A stretch of 64,000 nt of DNA from Nitrosopumilaceae archaeon (GTDB lineage Archaea > Thermoproteota > Nitrososphaeria > Nitrososphaerales > Nitrosopumilaceae): positions 768,001-832,000 of the forward strand of contig OZ242365.1 of assembly GCA_965208905.1 (NCBI GenBank), read 5' to 3'. Within the stretch, counting starts at the first letter, position 1. Every line of letters begins with the position of its first letter. The position numbers were made by a program, and so were the translations under genes. The notes beneath the pieces are model-generated. The model searched no databases. It was not told where the DNA came from and saw nothing but the letters and a program-made list of their open reading frames with translations. Positions 1 to 9,735 of this stretch are shown one piece after another.

Positions 1-94
1 TAGAACTAGCGCGCTGACGCCACACAATCAATTCGCCATCCATGTATGGACTCGGGCATGGGCGTTATTGAGTATTCATAGATTATGTTGTCAA

Positions 95-1464
95 GGAGCT
101 GTCAAATCTTAGAGGGATATGACAGCCTGCCGTACGGCAGATGTTGGCGAGTTACCATCCAGAGGAGATTCCATGAGATGTTCCTTGTTGGTCAGGCTTT
201 GATGCCCGTCCTTTGGACAGCCTGTGCCGGCCATCACGTCACCAACGACACTGGGTATAGTGAGTGTCGCAAGATGTATCTTCCCTCTCAAGACCATTCC
301 GGCCTTGGCTTGCAGTGAATAAACGGCCTGCACGCGTTTACTCCACTGCACTGCATAAAAAGTGAATAATATGTTGAACGCGGCGTTGACGTCCGCGTGC
401 TGTACAACATCGCAGTCATGGCACCTGAATCGGCTGCCGTCGCGCCACGTGTTTGTTCTGCCGCATACACAGCACTGCTGCGATGTGTATTTCGGGTCAA
501 TCTCGGCATATTCGGTGTTGTGCTTGAGTGACTGCTGCGCCATGTGGGACCGCGCCTCACCGCACTTGGACTGCCGCACCAGACGGTTCTTGTTCTTCTG
601 GCCTGGGCCCTTGGTCGTCATGGTTTTGAGGTTCATGCCCTCCATGATTATTTTGTCGCATTGCGCGAACAGTTTTTTGGCAAACTTGCGCAGCTTGTCT
701 GTCTGCCGGTTTCCCATCTTGCGGTATATGCTTTGCAGCTGCGCGTGCAGTGTACACCACTTGTGGGAGTGAAGTTTGCAGTGAGACATCTTCTTTTGAA
801 TACGCGCGATGTTTCGTATAGTGTCCTTCTCGCGCAACATCAGCATCTCTATTCTGCCGTCCGATTTTGCCACCACAAGCGTGTGTTTGCCGCCCATGTC
901 AATTCCCGCGTGTACGCCGGTACATACACGGTCCGGAACGTGTTCGCGTATAGTTACATGCAGCTCAAACTGTCTTTCCCTGTCCGCATTATTCGTCACA
1001 TCCACAATTTTGTACGACTGTGATGTGTCGGGCAGGCGTCCTTTCTGGAGTTTGAAGGGCGCGCCACACTTTGGGAAATACACTGTATTACCCTTGGACT
1101 TTTTGCCAAGCGGCATATTACTATACAGTGGGTAAACCTTCTTGCCATACTTTACGTGAGTGCACCCCTCCATCTTGTGGCCTTCCTTGATGGCTCCGTG
1201 AACCCAAGCCTGTGGTATGCCCTGACATATGGTGGCTATTTTGTTGGTGTCAAACACCGACAGACCGGCCCGGCGCGCCTTTATCCCTGCATTGAGCCAC
1301 ACATGACTCTCCGAATACATGATGTCAAAGTATTCTGTCAGCCTGGCAGATGTCCTTAAACGGTATTGGACAGTCTTTATAATGTACTTTCCACCATTAT
1401 ACTTCATGTGTAGTTTATAACTTGGTGCTATTTAAGCGGTATCCCCCTAAGATTTGACAGTGCC
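95..1464 (-). mobile_element. Non-autonomous TIR/TSD-bounded element carrying only tnpB (IS6-like ends)
   Basis: TIRs GGAGCTGTCAAATCTTAGAGGGATA (95-119) and reverse complement of 1440-1464 GGCACTGTCAAATCTTAGGGGGATA match 22/25. An 8-bp direct repeat GTTGTCAA lies at 87-94 and 1465-1472. Confidence 0.88.
109..1407 (-). CDS. tnpB: RNA-guided endonuclease TnpB (IS200/IS605 OrfB family)
   Basis: RuvC-I GIDMGG, RuvC-II IIMEGMN, Zn finger TSQQCCVCG...FRCHDC, RuvC-III HADVNAAFNI. The D-E-D triad is intact and the stop codon lies inside the TIR. Confidence 0.93.
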   Translation of the reverse strand: MKYNGGKYIIKTVQYRLRTSARLTEYFDIMYSESHVWLNAGIKARRAGLSVFDTNKIATICQGIPQAWVHGAIKEGHKMEGCTHVKYGKKVYPLYSNMPLGKKSKGNTVYFPKCGAPFKLQKGRLPDTSQSYKIVDVTNNADRERQFELHVTIREHVPDRVCTGVHAGIDMGGKHTLVVAKSDGRIEMLMLREKDTIRNIARIQKKMSHCKLHSHKWCTLHAQLQSIYRKMGNRQTDKLRKFAKKLFAQCDKIIMEGMNLKTMTTKGPGQKNKNRLVRQSKCGEARSHMAQQSLKHNTEYAEIDPKYTSQQCCVCGRTNTWRDGSRFRCHDCDVVQHADVNAAFNILFTFYAVQWSKRVQAVYSLQAKAGMVLRGKIHLATLTIPSVVGDVMAGTGCPKDGHQSLTNKEHLMESPLDGNSPTSAVRQAVISL

Positions 1465-1638
1465 GTTGTCAAACTCTTTATCACTTCTATAAACTGCAGG
1501 AATGGTTCAGGTGGTGTATAACTCTAAACTTCTACCGTACAATCTCTGTAGTCGTATATACATGAGTCTGAATCGAATATTTGAAAGATGGTGGATCGGG
1601 TAGGGTATGTTGGATAGTGGAACAATGCAGCCAAACTT

Positions 1639-1992
1639 TTAACGACCCTTTTGCTCCAGTATGGCTCGGATTTTCCCCACCACCTTGTCAACAACCTGGC
1701 GTGTAGCGCGGCCTGCAAACTCGGCGTGTCTAGCACGCCAGTCCAAGCTCTTGATTTGATCCGCTAAAATCACTCCTCTGACACTGCCTGCATCTGGAAG
1801 ATCTACCTCAAACGGGTAGCCCTTGATCTTGGATGTAATGGGGCAAAATAGCGCCAACCCAACCTTCTCGTTATACGCGCTGGGGCTTATCACCACGGCG
1901 GGTCTTCTTCTTGCCTGCTCATGGCCAGCCTGCGGCATGAAATCAATCCAAACTATGTCGTCCCTTTCCGGCACGTAGCCTGCATCTACCAT
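1639..1992 (-). CDS. mazF: MazF/PemK-family endoribonuclease toxin
   Basis: GHEQARRRPAVVISPSAYN...PITSKIKGYPFEV...DQIKSLDWRAR motifs; ATG at 1992 overlaps the upstream stop. Confidence 0.93.
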   Translation of the reverse strand: MVDAGYVPERDDIVWIDFMPQAGHEQARRRPAVVISPSAYNEKVGLALFCPITSKIKGYPFEVDLPDAGSVRGVILADQIKSLDWRARHAEFAGRATRQVVDKVVGKIRAILEQKGR

Positions 1993-2153
1993 TCTTCTTT
2001 GCCCTGAGCCGAACCTGATTCGTGTTCGGGATGGCAATTGGTTTGGTCCACATGAGACAGCATGCTTGCCAAGTCGTACTTGTCCGTGTTAGTGTGATGC
2101 GCGCTATCAGACCTGCGTAACTCCGTACCCTTTCCAGCTGCATGCTTCATCAT
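1986..2153 (-). CDS. Short MazE-like antitoxin (55 aa, C-terminal toxin-binding segment only)
   Basis: Translated by hand: MMKHAAGKGTELRRSDSAHHTNTDKYDLASMLSHVDQTNCHPEHESGSAQGKEEW. The C-terminus fits the MazE pattern Y-x-L-xx-L...N-x-H-x-E...G-x-E-x-W and the stop overlaps the mazF ATG. Confidence 0.7.
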   Translation of the reverse strand: MMKHAAGKGTELRRSDSAHHTNTDKYDLASMLSHVDQTNCHPEHESGSAQGKEEW

Positions 2154-2396
2154 AACACTTGTACCGCATGCAGGTATATAATAATTACAAAGACTGGTGT
2201 TCTGGCGACCTGGTGAATACTGGGAGTCGTCAAGACATCATAAATCTACTATGGGTGCTCCTGCTGTGGCGTTAGAGTGGGAAACCTTGCCACGCTCGCC
2301 GCAGTTAGACAGTTGATACGGTTGGATAGTTTATCTCGTCAACCTCTGCGGCGATAGGTGCAGCTGGCGGGCACTCGCCTTGATGTCATATGTAAG

Positions 2397-2470
2397 TGGA
2401 CCGGGTGGGATTTGAACCCACGATCTGATCCATGCCAAGGACCCATCCTACCAGTCTAGACGACCGGCCC
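2397..2470 (-). tRNA. tRNA-Ala(GGC)
   Basis: GGGCCGG/CCGGTCC acceptor stem with G3:U70, anticodon arm GGTCC-TTGGCAT-GGATC, T-loop GTTCAAATC. Confidence 0.93.
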
Positions 2471-2515
2471 GCACTTGATATGAAGTATACTAACTGATAT
2501 TAACATATGTACAAT

Positions 2516-3115
2516 TTACCATCCCTTCTTTGGAAACTTCATACCCAAAACTCGTATGGTATCATCTGGAGATGCCGCAAACTGGCGTACTGTGTCCCAT
2601 CTTTCATGTATTATATCAACTACTGGCTCTGGTACTTGACTCTTCCATGCGTCTATACTGTCAGTAGTTGCTGATCTGTACAGTAGTGATTTTACTGATG
2701 TGGCCGATATGGGACGTCGCTCGCCCACCCGGGGCCGTAGCCTGTACAGTCTTAACATTACACCTTCAGACTTGTCTCCTGTATATGAGAAAAAGTCACC
2801 ATGTACATTATTGAGTATCTTTGATCGCAACGACCAGGATTTTTTAGATATTACTGGCGGAATATACTTTTTGAACGGTGCCTCAAAGGTATAGTCGTCA
2901 CTTATACAGATAGTGTCCCCAAAGACCGACTCTAACATTCTCTTTCGAGTATTGTAATCAAATGGAAAGCTACGGCTGTTTAACTCGATATTATCATACT
3001 TGAACACCACCGGCATCACTTTTATTGTATCTGCCTCTTTGATTAGGTCTTGAATTATATCCACGTGGGCGTTTGTCACCGGGTTTAGATGAGCTAGATA
3101 AAGAGCAGTCGCCAA
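2516..3115 (-). CDS. Nucleotidyltransferase (cytidylyltransferase/NMNAT-like)
   Basis: N-terminal HLNPVTNAH (HxGH-like) motif and ISATSVK motif. Confidence 0.75.
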   Translation of the reverse strand: MATALYLAHLNPVTNAHVDIIQDLIKEADTIKVMPVVFKYDNIELNSRSFPFDYNTRKRMLESVFGDTICISDDYTFEAPFKKYIPPVISKKSWSLRSKILNNVHGDFFSYTGDKSEGVMLRLYRLRPRVGERRPISATSVKSLLYRSATTDSIDAWKSQVPEPVVDIIHERWDTVRQFAASPDDTIRVLGMKFPKKGW

Positions 3116-3129
3116 TCTACATCATACAG

Positions 3130-3203
3130 TGGGGACGATGGGACTTGAACCCATGCTCTCCAGTACCCGAAACTGGCAGTATACCAAGCTAACCTACGTC
3201 CCC
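3130..3203 (-). tRNA. tRNA-Pro(CGG)
   Basis: GGGGACG/CGTCCCC acceptor stem, anticodon arm CCAGT-TTCGGGT-ACTGG, T-loop GTTCAAGTC. Confidence 0.93.
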
Positions 3204-3233
3204 AAAGTACGTACTAATCAAAGATATTTTATC

Positions 3234-4073
3234 CTACCCGTAGGACTCGAACTTGACTTCAAAGCTGCCATCATCACGCTTTTTACGACTAGTTACAAAA
3301 CCCTTTGGTTCCAAGTAGTTCATGGCACCATCAATCGTTCCTTGCCAACCACATATGTAGAATATTGTATTGTCTTTGGTTATCTTCTCTCCCACCAACT
3401 CTTCCAATGCCGAAACACCATTACTGTTGGGCTTTAGAAATGACTCGACTCGCCCCACCTGTCCTCTCCAGTCACGGTTCTCGGTGGGCCTACTTATGGA
3501 GGCTCTATACGTAAAGTTCCACTTGTCTTTGCCCACGTCTTCACTCTCACGCTCCAAATCCTCAAAGAGTCTTCTGTACCCCAGCTCATCTGTATAGCTG
3601 GCTCCATGCAATACTATAATTTCACGCTTATCTCCAACTTCATGCAGGTGCTGTGCAAAGCTCACAAACGGCGCTAATCCTGTTCCGCCACCTAGACAGA
3701 CTATGCGCCGTTCATCCTTTTCACCATTGTGCAGTGTCTCATTAATTAAGAGATCATCTCCTCGTGGTGTCATCCACTTTAGTGATGTACCCACTTTGGA
3801 GTTGAACAACTGAGTCGTCAATCTACCTGGAAGTGGTTTTCGCACCCAGCGTATGTATAACTCAAAGTAGTCTTTATTCTCTGGATGTGATGATATTGAG
3901 TACGCTCGACGAACCATTCTGTTATTCTCATTGGGATTTGGCATTCCTATTATGATGTATTGACCCGCCTTATACTCTGGGATCTCTTTATTCTCTGGCA
4001 CTAGTCTGCATACCATCAAGTCATCCTTTAACTTCTCTATGTATGTCAACGTTGAGGTACTTTCAACTACCAT
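3234..4073 (-). CDS. Ferredoxin--NADP+ reductase
   Basis: RAYSISS, GGGTGLAPF and FYICGW motifs; the start at 4073 is chosen by judgement. Confidence 0.88.
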   Translation of the reverse strand: MVVESTSTLTYIEKLKDDLMVCRLVPENKEIPEYKAGQYIIIGMPNPNENNRMVRRAYSISSHPENKDYFELYIRWVRKPLPGRLTTQLFNSKVGTSLKWMTPRGDDLLINETLHNGEKDERRIVCLGGGTGLAPFVSFAQHLHEVGDKREIIVLHGASYTDELGYRRLFEDLERESEDVGKDKWNFTYRASISRPTENRDWRGQVGRVESFLKPNSNGVSALEELVGEKITKDNTIFYICGWQGTIDGAMNYLEPKGFVTSRKKRDDGSFEVKFESYG

Positions 4074-4398
4074 ATTCCATCCTTTTTTCCACTGCTTAAA
4101 TATTTTGCTAAATGAGTTCTGCAGATTGTGTGCCGTGTTACCAAATACCCGCGGCTTATACATGACTGTACTATGCCCAAAATTCGACTAGTCAGTCTAT
4201 CGGCCTATCTATGTTCTCTGCAGATTCCCTGAGGAGACGCGCCAGTTCAGAATACTTTCTTTCTTCTTGACTGACGAACTCAGACAATCTACATTTTTTT
4301 ATCATAATGTGAATCCCTCACAACTGCATATGGTAGACTGCCTTCTATACAAAATCCCTCTCAACATTAAATAATGTTATCTAAAATGTGTAAATTAT

Positions 4399-5307
4399 AT
4401 GAGTATTCATCCAAGTGATATAGTCTGGTTTGATGGTAGATTCATGAATCGTAAAGATGCCTTGGTACCTGTCACCACTCACGCCCTTCACTATGGTACA
4501 TCTGCCTTTGAGGGAATACGGGCGTATTGGACCGGGGATAACCTGTATGTCTTTCGATTACATGATCATATAAAACGTCTGCGCAGATCAGGTGCATTTT
4601 ACAAGATGGAATTACACTATACTGATGAGCAACTAACCGATGCCATAACAGGTACGTGCAGTAAGAACAACCTACAACAGAATACGTATATCAGACCACT
4701 ATACTTTGTGGGGGATTGGGGCATTCGTCTGGAGATTGACAAGAGCGCCCCCATAATATCTGCAGTTATAGTATTTCCACTACAGAGTATATTTGATGGC
4801 GATGGCATAGACGTGAGCATAGCATCATGCCGTCGCCTCAATGATCAATTCCTGCCGACTCAGGCAAAGGTGGGCGGCAACTATCTAAACTCTATAACGG
4901 CCACCATGGAGGCAAAGATGGCCGGCTACGATGAGGCAGTCATGCTGGACTTACATGGAAATGTAAGCGAGACTCCCGGAGCCAACATATTTCTGGTTCA
5001 GGATGGCGAGCTTATAACCCCCGACAAAGCATCATCTGCTCTTGATGGTATAACTCGGGATACTGTGGACTATTTGGCAGCACAGGAAGGCATACGTACC
5101 ATATATAGACGCGTAGCTCCCAGCGAGTTGTACCTATCTGATGAGGTATTCATAGTGGGCACTGCTGCGGAGGTGACTCCCATAAAGAGCGTGGGTGGCA
5201 GACCGATAAATCGTGGCAAGATGACTGAACGTATAAAAGAGATTTATGCAGACGCGGTGACTGGTCGCCGCCAGGTTCCTGATGGGTGGCTTACACCCGT
5301 ATACTGA
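4399..5307 (+). CDS. ilvE: Branched-chain amino acid aminotransferase
   Basis: LHYGTSAFEGIRAY, AKVGGNY, ETPGANIF, LDGITR and GTAAEVTP motifs. Confidence 0.93.
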   Translation: MSIHPSDIVWFDGRFMNRKDALVPVTTHALHYGTSAFEGIRAYWTGDNLYVFRLHDHIKRLRRSGAFYKMELHYTDEQLTDAITGTCSKNNLQQNTYIRPLYFVGDWGIRLEIDKSAPIISAVIVFPLQSIFDGDGIDVSIASCRRLNDQFLPTQAKVGGNYLNSITATMEAKMAGYDEAVMLDLHGNVSETPGANIFLVQDGELITPDKASSALDGITRDTVDYLAAQEGIRTIYRRVAPSELYLSDEVFIVGTAAEVTPIKSVGGRPINRGKMTERIKEIYADAVTGRRQVPDGWLTPVY

Positions 5308-6233
5308 TGATTCGCACCGTTCTAGTGGGTGTTGGTGGCTGGGGTAAGAATCATGCCCGTGTCCTACATGACACCGGAACGCTCGCTGCAATCTGTGATG
5401 CAGATAATACACTAGCAGAGCAGTTTGGTGCACAATATAAAGTGCCCTACTATACTGATGTGCAAAACATGCTGTATAGCGAGTCATTTGATGCGGCCAT
5501 AGTGGCCACGCCCACAAAGACACATTTTCAGATAGGCAAGATGCTATTGCAGTCCAAAAAGCATCTGTTACTGGAGAAACCATTCACATACGAACCTACA
5601 GAGGGTCGTGAACTACAATCTATGGCAAAAAAGGCAGGAGTCATTCTTACATGCGGTTACATAGAGCGATTCAACCCGGCCATTCAGACTACACGCAATA
5701 TAATACAGGACAAGACTCATGGGGATATCGCCCTTCTGGAGTTTCATCGTGAGAGCAACATACCTGTACACATAAAGGATGTGGGTATAATACATGATAC
5801 CGCCGTACATGATATAGATACGGCAAACTGGCTCTTTGATCAGATGCCTCAAGTCGTCTTTGCCCGGGCCGGCCACATACGTCACACCCACGAAGACTTT
5901 GCCACCGTAATGTTGGGATATGCTGACAACCGCACCGCCATACTGGCCTGCAACTGGCTCTCTCCGATCCGCTCCCGTATGTTTCGCGCGGCCCTTACAG
6001 ATGCCATTATTACAGGCGACTTTATAACAAGACACGTACAGATAAACGACAAGACCGCACCCGTCACAGAAGGAGAACCATTAAAACGTGAGATTGACTC
6101 ATTTTTAGAGGCCATAAAGACAAACTCTGAACCTGTTGTAACTGCCCATCAGGCCATATCTGTCAGTGAGATAGCCAAAGCTGCGCTTTTATCTAGCCAA
6201 CGCGGAGTTCCCATATACTTGGATTTGCGATGA
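5307..6233 (+). CDS. Gfo/Idh/MocA oxidoreductase
   Basis: GVGGWGKNH Rossmann motif, LEKP, ERFNPA, VHDID. Confidence 0.9.
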   Translation: MIRTVLVGVGGWGKNHARVLHDTGTLAAICDADNTLAEQFGAQYKVPYYTDVQNMLYSESFDAAIVATPTKTHFQIGKMLLQSKKHLLLEKPFTYEPTEGRELQSMAKKAGVILTCGYIERFNPAIQTTRNIIQDKTHGDIALLEFHRESNIPVHIKDVGIIHDTAVHDIDTANWLFDQMPQVVFARAGHIRHTHEDFATVMLGYADNRTAILACNWLSPIRSRMFRAALTDAIITGDFITRHVQINDKTAPVTEGEPLKREIDSFLEAIKTNSEPVVTAHQAISVSEIAKAALLSSQRGVPIYLDLR

Positions 6234-6496
6234 ACAGAAGACTACTAGACATATTGGCCTGTCCCATGGACAAACACTACCCGTTGGAGCTATACGGAGA
6301 TGACAACTCCGATACCATACAGACTGCTCTGTTGTATTGTACAGAATGTGGCCGGTTCTATGTTGTAGATGGCGGCATACCCATACTGCTCCCCGACGAT
6401 CTTCGAGACAGAGATGCCGAAATAAATGTAATAAAAAATATACCCAATCTACCAGACAAAATTACATTACACGGCAAGCCTTGGAAGATCACTTAA
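6230..6496 (+). CDS. Trm112 family protein
   Basis: LLDILACPMDK...CTECGRFY...GIPILLPD. Confidence 0.88.
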   Translation: MNRRLLDILACPMDKHYPLELYGDDNSDTIQTALLYCTECGRFYVVDGGIPILLPDDLRDRDAEINVIKNIPNLPDKITLHGKPWKIT

Positions 6497-6683
6497 AGAT
6501 ATATCTTGTCAGTCTGACTAGTATGAACACCCACAATATCACCAAAAGTATGGCTACTCCTCCCTTTACCACTGCATTTATGCTGTATACACCCAAATCC
6601 AATGGTCCTAGTACTGTGACGGCCAGACCTCCGCCTATTATTATCAGGCCCCACATGCCACCCAAGAATGCATAAATCCTCAT
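6489..6683 (-). CDS. Small two-TM membrane protein
   Basis: Hydrophobic 64-aa ORF translationally coupled to the upstream gene. Confidence 0.65.
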   Translation of the reverse strand: MRIYAFLGGMWGLIIIGGGLAVTVLGPLDLGVYSINAVVKGGVAILLVILWVFILVRLTRYIFK

Positions 6684-7669
6684 TATATCATCATCATTAT
6701 ACCTGATATTATAGCCAGAATGGCCGCAAAGACACTCAACTTTAGTATCTGTCTTACTACGCCGCCCTCACTCAAGGGCCCCTGCCGTAGTATTAGACGC
6801 ACCAAGGTTATTGGGGCTTGTGGATCACCTGTATCATGTAGTATCATGTCATCATCGCGATATACGGGACTGCGTTTTATCTGGCGGTGCTCTACTATCC
6901 TCCTTACACTATACAGAAAGAAGAATGAGTTTGCTATGGCTGGCAGCAGGGCAACAGCAGCTACGACCTCCACTCCTCCGTATATGGCTACGCAACCATA
7001 GGTGACTCCCAATACCAAGACTCCCGAATCTCCTGGAAATATGCGACTTGGCATACGGTGATACTTGTAGAATGCCAAAGATGCCGCTACCAAAATAATA
7101 CACAGTCCAAATGCCTCCCAGCGCCCTAATAGTGCCAGTATGATGGCAACGGCCACACCTGCAATTATCATGTATCCGCTGGCCACACCATTCATTACAT
7201 CTATGGAGTTTACCGTGTTTCCCATTATTGGCATCATGACCAGTATGACTCCAATGTATAGTATGGGTATATTCACAGTACCAAAGAGAGGAAACTCCAA
7301 GTCTGTACTGTATTGGCCAAATAACACCAATGGTATGGCTGCTACCACCAGTAATGCGGGTTTGAACCAGCCGGGCATCACCTTGAGATCGTCCACATAC
7401 CCTATGATGCATGCCATGACTATGGTCGGTACAGTTGCCAGGACCGCCAGCTGACCCGTTCCCAGATATAGTGCTATGATCCCACCTACTATGCCTGCCA
7501 ATATGGCCGGACCTCCAGGCCGAGCCACCATTATGTTATCTTTTTTGTTTACATCAGGTACATGCATGTTCTTTTTGTTTAGTATGGATATCAGTGGGGG
7601 TGTTATACCATACACTATACCAAATGATATGCATCCGCCAACTATTATGGTCAAAAAGTCTGCCGTCAA
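6683..7669 (-). CDS. UDP-GlcNAc--dolichol phosphate GlcNAc-1-phosphate transferase (MraY/GPT family)
   Basis: GYVDD, NSIDVMNG and IFPGDSG motifs; multiple TM helices. Confidence 0.88.
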   Translation of the reverse strand: MTADFLTIIVGGCISFGIVYGITPPLISILNKKNMHVPDVNKKDNIMVARPGGPAILAGIVGGIIALYLGTGQLAVLATVPTIVMACIIGYVDDLKVMPGWFKPALLVVAAIPLVLFGQYSTDLEFPLFGTVNIPILYIGVILVMMPIMGNTVNSIDVMNGVASGYMIIAGVAVAIILALLGRWEAFGLCIILVAASLAFYKYHRMPSRIFPGDSGVLVLGVTYGCVAIYGGVEVVAAVALLPAIANSFFFLYSVRRIVEHRQIKRSPVYRDDDMILHDTGDPQAPITLVRLILRQGPLSEGGVVRQILKLSVFAAILAIISGIMMMI

Positions 7670-9735
7670 CGTCCCGCTTTTATGGATTTGGCCATCCTCA
7701 AACCGACCTTACATATGGCTTGTATCTTTTCCAGCGGCATATCTTTGATATCTGAAACACTCCGGACTCCCACCCTGTATAAGGCCCGCGCCCGCACCCT
7801 GCCCACATTTCTGACCTGTACCAGAGGCACTAATTCATCCCGCACACCATTCATTACGCGTATGCGCAGCTCCTCCAACTCACTCTGCGCATGACCTGTC
7901 TTGGCGTATCGTGCCAACTCTGCCATACATCTTAGTAGCCAACGGCTCATCTCTACGGCCCGTCGTATATCTCCAGACTCCAAACTGTAATTCTCGGCTA
8001 TGCTCTTCTCGGTCTCTTCTTCTATCCAACCGTATAGTCCTAGCAGTGATCGGGATATGTCATATGAGTATACATCTTCCTCTATCAGCTCGCTTCTATG
8101 TGTCTCTAAGAATGCGTGAACCACCTCGAACTGATCACTTAGTTGAGCCATCTTTGGAAAGAACTCCTCGCTCTCAGATATTGCGTGCAGAAATCCCAGC
8201 GTATTCTTTCTCTTTTTATGCGACTTTTTTATCACACGTAAAAACCCGCTGGCCGTATGGGGCTTTATGTAGAGCTTGCTGGTGAGCTCTCCTAGTTTTG
8301 TAGCTGCATACCTGTTTTTATCTAATGTATCTATCATCTTTAGATTGTACAGACCTTCTAAATCATAGTCGACCTCTATATCGCCGTAGATGCCGCCCAA
8401 TGTACCATCAAAGAACTCGTTTATCTGTTGTAATGTAATACCTGGCTGTGACACAATCAGGCTGAGGAGATGTATGTCCAGCTGACCGTATATCTGTGAG
8501 TGTATGGGCTCGGGCTCGCCGTGTATGTATGCATCTAGTATGTCATCAGCGTCTCTCTTTGCAACCACTACTGCCTCACCTATCTCATCGTACTGGGGCC
8601 TACCTGCCCTACCACAGAACTGCTTGTACTCCATTACACTTATGGGCATATTTCTTCCATGGTCTATGTCATATCTGGTTATATCTGATATTACCACCCT
8701 CCGGGCAGGCAGGTTTACTCCCGCCGCCAGAGTTGGCGTGGCCGTCAATATCTTGATGTGCCCTGCGCGAAAATGCTTCTCTATTATGTCCCGACATGTC
8801 GAGTTTAAGCCTGCATGATGGAACGCTACACCATCTTTTACCAGTTGTGAAAGACGTACAATCAACTCTGTGTCTTCATTTCCACTTAGTATGGAACCTG
8901 ATATTTCATTTAATCTCTTTTTATCTATATTATTTAGCATCTTTCTTACGGCTACTGCGGCTTTGGTTGCTTGGGAGGGTGCGCCCCGTCGTGTATTGAC
9001 AAATATCAATGACTGATGGCCACTCTTTACACTGTCCAAAGCCAAGTCTATGGCCAGTCCCCGGGAACTTGTCTCTATCTGGGACTTTTTGTTGTTCGAC
9101 CATCGTATTGTATGGCCCTCGCATACCCCTTCAGTCAGTTTGACCGGTCTCCAGCTGCTCTTTACCAATTTACAGTCCAACCATTGGGCTATCTCTTTGG
9201 CATTGGATATGGTAGCTGAGAGTCCAACAATCTGCCGTTTACCTCTTAGTCTGGTCAGCACCATCTCAAGGACCGGGCCTCTATGGACATCTCCGACTAG
9301 ATGTATCTCATCGGTTATGACTAAATCTATACTGTCTACCCAGCCCTCGTCACGGCGAAGTGCCAAATCCATTCGCTCATTGGTCATGCATAGTATGTTT
9401 CCCAACAGACGGTCACGAACATTCAGGTCTGCTATGGATATGGATGGTCTTATGGGGTCTGGCATACCTTTGAACTCATTGTACTTTTCGGCGGCCAATG
9501 CCTTTAGGGGACTCAGATATACAGCTTTTCGTCCCCCGCGCTTTAGCATGGACAGTAAGGCCAAGAGTGCAATCAGACTTTTTCCACTGGCTGTGGGTGC
9601 CGATACCAGTATGCTTTTGCCACCCATCAATCCTGCCTTTACGGCCATCCTTTGGGGCGGATAGAGCGTCTCTATGCCATTGCTGTTCAGATGTGCAACT
9701 ATGTCATCTGGTATCTCTAGATCTCTGACCTTCAT
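7666..9735 (-). CDS. hel308: Ski2-like helicase Hel308
   Basis: APTASGKS, DEIH, LSAT, TPTLAAGVNLPA, QFCGRAGRP, C-terminal HhH. Confidence 0.9.
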   Translation of the reverse strand: MKVRDLEIPDDIVAHLNSNGIETLYPPQRMAVKAGLMGGKSILVSAPTASGKSLIALLALLSMLKRGGRKAVYLSPLKALAAEKYNEFKGMPDPIRPSISIADLNVRDRLLGNILCMTNERMDLALRRDEGWVDSIDLVITDEIHLVGDVHRGPVLEMVLTRLRGKRQIVGLSATISNAKEIAQWLDCKLVKSSWRPVKLTEGVCEGHTIRWSNNKKSQIETSSRGLAIDLALDSVKSGHQSLIFVNTRRGAPSQATKAAVAVRKMLNNIDKKRLNEISGSILSGNEDTELIVRLSQLVKDGVAFHHAGLNSTCRDIIEKHFRAGHIKILTATPTLAAGVNLPARRVVISDITRYDIDHGRNMPISVMEYKQFCGRAGRPQYDEIGEAVVVAKRDADDILDAYIHGEPEPIHSQIYGQLDIHLLSLIVSQPGITLQQINEFFDGTLGGIYGDIEVDYDLEGLYNLKMIDTLDKNRYAATKLGELTSKLYIKPHTASGFLRVIKKSHKKRKNTLGFLHAISESEEFFPKMAQLSDQFEVVHAFLETHRSELIEEDVYSYDISRSLLGLYGWIEEETEKSIAENYSLESGDIRRAVEMSRWLLRCMAELARYAKTGHAQSELEELRIRVMNGVRDELVPLVQVRNVGRVRARALYRVGVRSVSDIKDMPLEKIQAICKVGLRMAKSIKAGR

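Noticed and set aside
109-1407. Cas12f annotation
   Set aside because: No CRISPR array or tracr context inside or beside the element; transposon-type ends indicate TnpB.
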